The position numbers and the translations under genes are program-made. 64,000 nucleotides of DNA from Candidatus Cloacimonadales bacterium (GTDB lineage: Bacteria; Cloacimonadota; Cloacimonadia; Cloacimonadales; JAFGVF01): the NCBI GenBank assembly GCA_963678315.1, contig OY782781.1, forward strand, positions 1,152,001 to 1,216,000. The letters are read 5' to 3'. Position 1 is the first letter of the stretch, and each line of letters starts with the position of its first letter. Below the pieces are notes generated by a model, which had not been told where the DNA came from, did not search any database, and was given only the letters and a program-made list of their open reading frames with translations. Below, piece by piece: positions 60,235 through 64,000 of this stretch.

Positions 60235-62610
60235 ATGCTTAAAAAAAACTTTTTTCTACTAATATTTCTAACACTTTTTTTGGGGTTATTTGGGCAATAT
60301 CAACAACCAAATAAACAAATTGTTGATATTTACGAAACACCAAAATCACCATATATAACAACTAAAGACTTAACAAGACGTTTTTTTGAAAGAAGAATTG
60401 ACTATGATATATCTTTAAATGAGCTTGCAGATCCTGTAATAGAGTTAGCGTCCAGAAGATTTTCTAAGAAACTTAATGCTAAGCGTGAATTTTATCCAAC
60501 AAGCCAATTAAGAATCCTAGACTTAGATAATGAAATAGATTTAAATGTTGATTTATCAGACTACAATAACATTAGAACTATATACAATTCTTATGACTAC
60601 TCTAAAGCAGTAATGACTCACGACTTTGAAGATGGAGTCGGCATGGTTCTTGTTGATTTTGAGACAGGGAAGACTAAAGAATTCAAAGGGATAAGACTTA
60701 ATGGTGCTATGGGCGATCCATCTGTTACTTGGTTTGCTGATAATAGACGTGTTTTAGTGAGAACACTGGTAAAGGATAGGGGAGAAGAACCTAAGTTTAA
60801 TTCTGCTCCTAAAAGTCCTATAATAGAAGAAACGGAAGGTAAGGTAAGTCAGTTAAGAACTTACACTAAACTTCTTAAATCTCCAGAAGATGAAGTTTTA
60901 TTCGATTATTATTTTACAAGTCAATTAGCAGTCTTGGATACTAAAACAGGTAAGTTAAAAAAGCTGGGAGAACCTGGTATCTATAAGTCAGCATCTCTTT
61001 CCCCAAACAACAAGTATCTTCTTGTGAAAACAGTTGAAAGACCCTACTCCTATGAAGTTCCTTATTACTATTTCCCATCTACAAGCCAAGTATGGAACCT
61101 TAAAGGCAAGGTCTTACAAGATATAATACATTATCCATTGCAAGATGAAATTCCAATAGGGGGGACTTATTCTCAAGCTCGTTATCATTATTGGTTGCCT
61201 ACAGAGAAAGCAACACTTATTTGGCTTGAAGCCCAAGATAATGGCGACCCTAAAGTAAAAGTCCCTTATCGTGATATTTGTTATACTTCTACATATCCTT
61301 TTAAAGAGAAGACAGAACTATATAGAACCGAATACAGAGCTTCAGGCCCTGACTTCTTTGATAATAATAAGTATTGTACATACACAGAATATGATAGAGA
61401 TAGGATTTGGTATAGACATTGGTTATTGAATCTTGAAACAGGTAATGCAAGCATTATAACAGATGCTTCAGCTAACAATTCTTATGCTGAAAAGGGTGAC
61501 CTTTATACTATATGGGATAAGAATAAGAATAGTGTAATATTGACTAATGGCGATTTTATCTACTTCAAGAATAATACAGGTGCTACTCCAGAAGGTAATA
61601 GACCTTACATTGCTTCTTATAATATTAAAACTAATGAATTCAAGAAGCTTTATCAATCAAATCTTGATTCTTATGAACAAATAATTGATTTTACTAATAA
61701 AGAACTCACCGAACTGTTAGTTGCTGTTCAGACTAAAGAAAAGCCAAGAAACTACTTCTTAGTTAATTTAGAGACTGGTGAAAGAACTGCTGTGACTAAC
61801 TACCAAGACCCTTATCCTGAATATGCTCACTTGAAGAAAGAACTAGTTAAGTATAAGAGAAGTGATGGAGTTGACTTAAATGGTATACTATATTTACCTC
61901 ATGATTACCAAGAAGGGGATAAGCTTCCTCTTGTAATTCATGCCTATCCAGAAGAATACACTAATAAATCTGATGCTGGGCAGGTTACGGGAACAGATAA
62001 AACATTCACTTGGTATTATGGTTCAAACATTAAGTACTTTGCCATGAATGGTTATGCCGTCTTGTATAATGCTTCAATCCCTATTGTTGGCGATCCTGAA
62101 ACAGTTAATGATACTTACATCGAACAGCTTATAGATGGTGTCCAATCTGCTGTTGATTATCTTGATAGCAGAGGTGTTATCGATACAACAAAAGTAGGTA
62201 TCATCGGTCACAGTTATGGTGCTTTCATGGTGGCTAATGTTCTTGCTCATTCAGATGTTTGCCAAGCTGGTATAGCTAAAAGTGGAGCATATAACAGAAC
62301 TCTAACTCCTTTTGGATTCCAAAGCGAAAGAAGAACTTTTTGGCAAGCTAAAGACTTTTATGTAAATGTTTCCCCATTCAGTAATGCTGATAAGATTAAT
62401 GAACCAATACTTCTTATTCATGGTGAGAAAGATCCTAACTCTGGTACTTATCCGATGCAGTCTAAGCGTCTCTATAAAGCTATCAAAGGTAATGGTGGAA
62501 CTTCTAAGCTAGTTATCTTACCTCTTGAAGAACATAGTTATAAAGCAAAAGAATCCCAGCTCCATGTTCTTTATGAAATGATGAACTGGTTCGACACATA
62601 CTTAAAATAG
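60235..62610 (+). CDS. Secreted S9 family (prolyl oligopeptidase-like) peptidase
   Basis: Signal peptide, beta-propeller, YKRSDGV.L.G.LYLP, GHSYGA, YNRTLTPFGFQ, HGEKD, E.H. Confidence 0.92.
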   Translation: MLKKNFFLLIFLTLFLGLFGQYQQPNKQIVDIYETPKSPYITTKDLTRRFFERRIDYDISLNELADPVIELASRRFSKKLNAKREFYPTSQLRILDLDNEIDLNVDLSDYNNIRTIYNSYDYSKAVMTHDFEDGVGMVLVDFETGKTKEFKGIRLNGAMGDPSVTWFADNRRVLVRTLVKDRGEEPKFNSAPKSPIIEETEGKVSQLRTYTKLLKSPEDEVLFDYYFTSQLAVLDTKTGKLKKLGEPGIYKSASLSPNNKYLLVKTVERPYSYEVPYYYFPSTSQVWNLKGKVLQDIIHYPLQDEIPIGGTYSQARYHYWLPTEKATLIWLEAQDNGDPKVKVPYRDICYTSTYPFKEKTELYRTEYRASGPDFFDNNKYCTYTEYDRDRIWYRHWLLNLETGNASIITDASANNSYAEKGDLYTIWDKNKNSVILTNGDFIYFKNNTGATPEGNRPYIASYNIKTNEFKKLYQSNLDSYEQIIDFTNKELTELLVAVQTKEKPRNYFLVNLETGERTAVTNYQDPYPEYAHLKKELVKYKRSDGVDLNGILYLPHDYQEGDKLPLVIHAYPEEYTNKSDAGQVTGTDKTFTWYYGSNIKYFAMNGYAVLYNASIPIVGDPETVNDTYIEQLIDGVQSAVDYLDSRGVIDTTKVGIIGHSYGAFMVANVLAHSDVCQAGIAKSGAYNRTLTPFGFQSERRTFWQAKDFYVNVSPFSNADKINEPILLIHGEKDPNSGTYPMQSKRLYKAIKGNGGTSKLVILPLEEHSYKAKESQLHVLYEMMNWFDTYLK

Positions 62611-62654
62611 TAGCTTTTCTTTAGTTCAATGATTTATAAAAAGGATGTGTTAAA

Positions 62655-63344
62655 ATGAGAATAGCTGGATTACAGAAGTTTTCTATGATTGATTATGATG
62701 ATAAAATATGTGCAGTCGTTTTTACACAGGGGTGTAATTTATTCTGCCCATATTGCCATAACCCTAAGCTTGTTCCTATGCTTTCCGAAGATGCTTTACT
62801 AGTAGAGGAAGAGGTACTTGGTTTTCTTCAATCGAGGGTAAATAAACTTGATGGAGTGGTTATAACAGGAGGAGAACCTCTTTTGCAAAAGAATCTTATC
62901 CCATTTGTTGAGAAGTTAAAACAGATGGGTTATCTAGTAAAATTAGACACTAATGGAGTCAGACCAGATCTCTTAGAAAATATACTTAAGCTCAATATCT
63001 TAGATTATGTTGCAATGGATATTAAGACAGCACTGGATAAGTATGAACAAGTTGTAAAGGTTAAGGTTGCTCCTGAAACTGTAATCAAGTCTATCCAGTT
63101 GATAAAAGATTCAGCTATAAATCATGAATTTAGAACTACTCTTGTCGATGGCTTGATTTCAGAAGAAGATATTTATTCTTTAGTTAACTATATTCCCAAA
63201 GGATCTAGCTACTATCTTCAGAATTTTCAACCCTCTGAACACTTAGATTCTTCTTATAAGAATAGGGCAGGCTTCTCTGACGAAAGAATGGAGCATTTGA
63301 AATATAGATTACAAGAAAAGAAAATTAATTTTAGATTAAGATAG
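62655..63344 (+). CDS. nrdG: Anaerobic ribonucleoside-triphosphate reductase activating protein (radical SAM)
   Basis: FTQGCNLFCPYCHN, VITGGEP, KLDTNG, AMDIK, EFRTT. Confidence 0.82.
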   Translation: MRIAGLQKFSMIDYDDKICAVVFTQGCNLFCPYCHNPKLVPMLSEDALLVEEEVLGFLQSRVNKLDGVVITGGEPLLQKNLIPFVEKLKQMGYLVKLDTNGVRPDLLENILKLNILDYVAMDIKTALDKYEQVVKVKVAPETVIKSIQLIKDSAINHEFRTTLVDGLISEEDIYSLVNYIPKGSSYYLQNFQPSEHLDSSYKNRAGFSDERMEHLKYRLQEKKINFRLR

Positions 63345-63451
63345 AAATCAAGATTCGTTTAGGAAATATGATACTTAAGAAGCTATGCTAGTTTATTGTC
63401 AGCTTGAGCTTATCTCTTAACTTAGTATGAAACGTTTTTGATGTCTAACTG

Positions 63452-63858
63452 CTTCCTTACTGGTCTCCTTGAAAAAAAGCCGATTTTTCAAGGGGGCAAG
63501 TAAGGAAGGAGTTAGAAGTGAGGAGTTAGAAGTGAGGAATTAGAATATCCATAAAACCCCGAAGGGGTGGCATATACTAAGCATGGAGGCTTGCCCTCCA
63601 TGTAATAGTTAAAAAATAAAAAAAGCCCTGAAAGGGCGACATAAAGGCTAAGCTTTATCTGCAAACAGAGAAGTTTACCACGAAAAGCACGAATAACACG
63701 AAAAACAGTCAAATTATTTAGGACTGGACAGGGTGATTGCTGTATTAGACCTGAAAGGACGTCATGTATTAAGCCAGGGCCGTGTCAGGCCTTGACTGAG
63801 TCTTGTACCCCATGTAAATTAATATAAACAAATTGAGTCGCGAAAGGACGACATAGCT
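63452..63858 (+). repeat. REP-like mosaic cluster F
   Basis: Leader hairpin 63452-63508, GGAGTTA/GAAGTGA heptamers, 185-bp block, CCTGAAAGG modules. Confidence 0.92.
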
Positions 63859-63880
63859 TTAACCTTGTCTGTAATTTTTA

Positions 63881-63908
63881 TTGACATTATAGATTAAACA
63901 ATTATAAT
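63881..63908 (+). promoter_or_regulatory. Sigma70-type promoter
   Basis: TTGACA-N16-TATAAT. Confidence 0.65.
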
Positions 63909-63934
63909 AAAGAAACTAATTAAAAAGGTGTGAA

Positions 63935-64000
63935 ATGTCTAGTAAACTAATAGATAGATTAAATAATTCAGATAACAGTATTCCCATCATTGCTATCACA
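63935..64000 (+). CDS. Partial CDS (5' end only), product unknown
   Basis: AAGGTG RBS, ATG 63935, open to window end: MSSKLIDRLNNSDNSIPIIAIT. Confidence 0.6.
   Translation, partial: MSSKLIDRLNNSDNSIPIIAIT

Noticed and set aside
1075..61656. Numerous 60-116-aa ORFs nested in or antisense to long genes
   Set aside because: Shadow ORFs of well-supported CDSs with no recognisable motifs.

Overview
AT-rich (roughly 30% GC by eye) chromosomal segment of an anaerobic diderm bacterium. Candidatus Cloacimonadota or an FCB-group relative is inferred from three gingipain-like C25 peptidases and six proteins ending in a YPNP(FNP)...K.(I/L)(L/V).K C-terminal domain. About 45 protein genes: a wecA/MBL/TPR-lipoprotein operon, gpsA, a poly-gamma-glutamate operon (pgsB-pgsC-pgsW plus a secreted protein and an outer-membrane beta-barrel), secreted proteases (3x C25, S8, S9, M48), a CHASE2 adenylate cyclase, an oxygen-detoxification cluster (superoxide reductase, rubrerythrin, an unlisted rubredoxin, a ferritin-like protein, NADH oxidase), phnDCE, an ABC-F ATPase, a CotH/lamin-tail protein, a stand-alone spirochete/mitochondrial-type EF-G and an nrdG-like gene. 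No rRNA, tRNA, CRISPR array or transposase is visible. The most unusual signals are non-coding. (i) Seven GC-rich intergenic clusters are built from a shared kit of REP-like hairpins; five start with the same hairpin plus G-rich heptamer 'leader' next to a gene 3' end. (ii) A 20-nt mini-hairpin with compensatory changes is inserted at the equivalent loop position of two different REP families, with empty and filled copies side by side. (iii) Sigma54-type -24/-12 motifs precede all three C25 genes and the PGA operon. All calls are from reading the sequence; no database searches were run.
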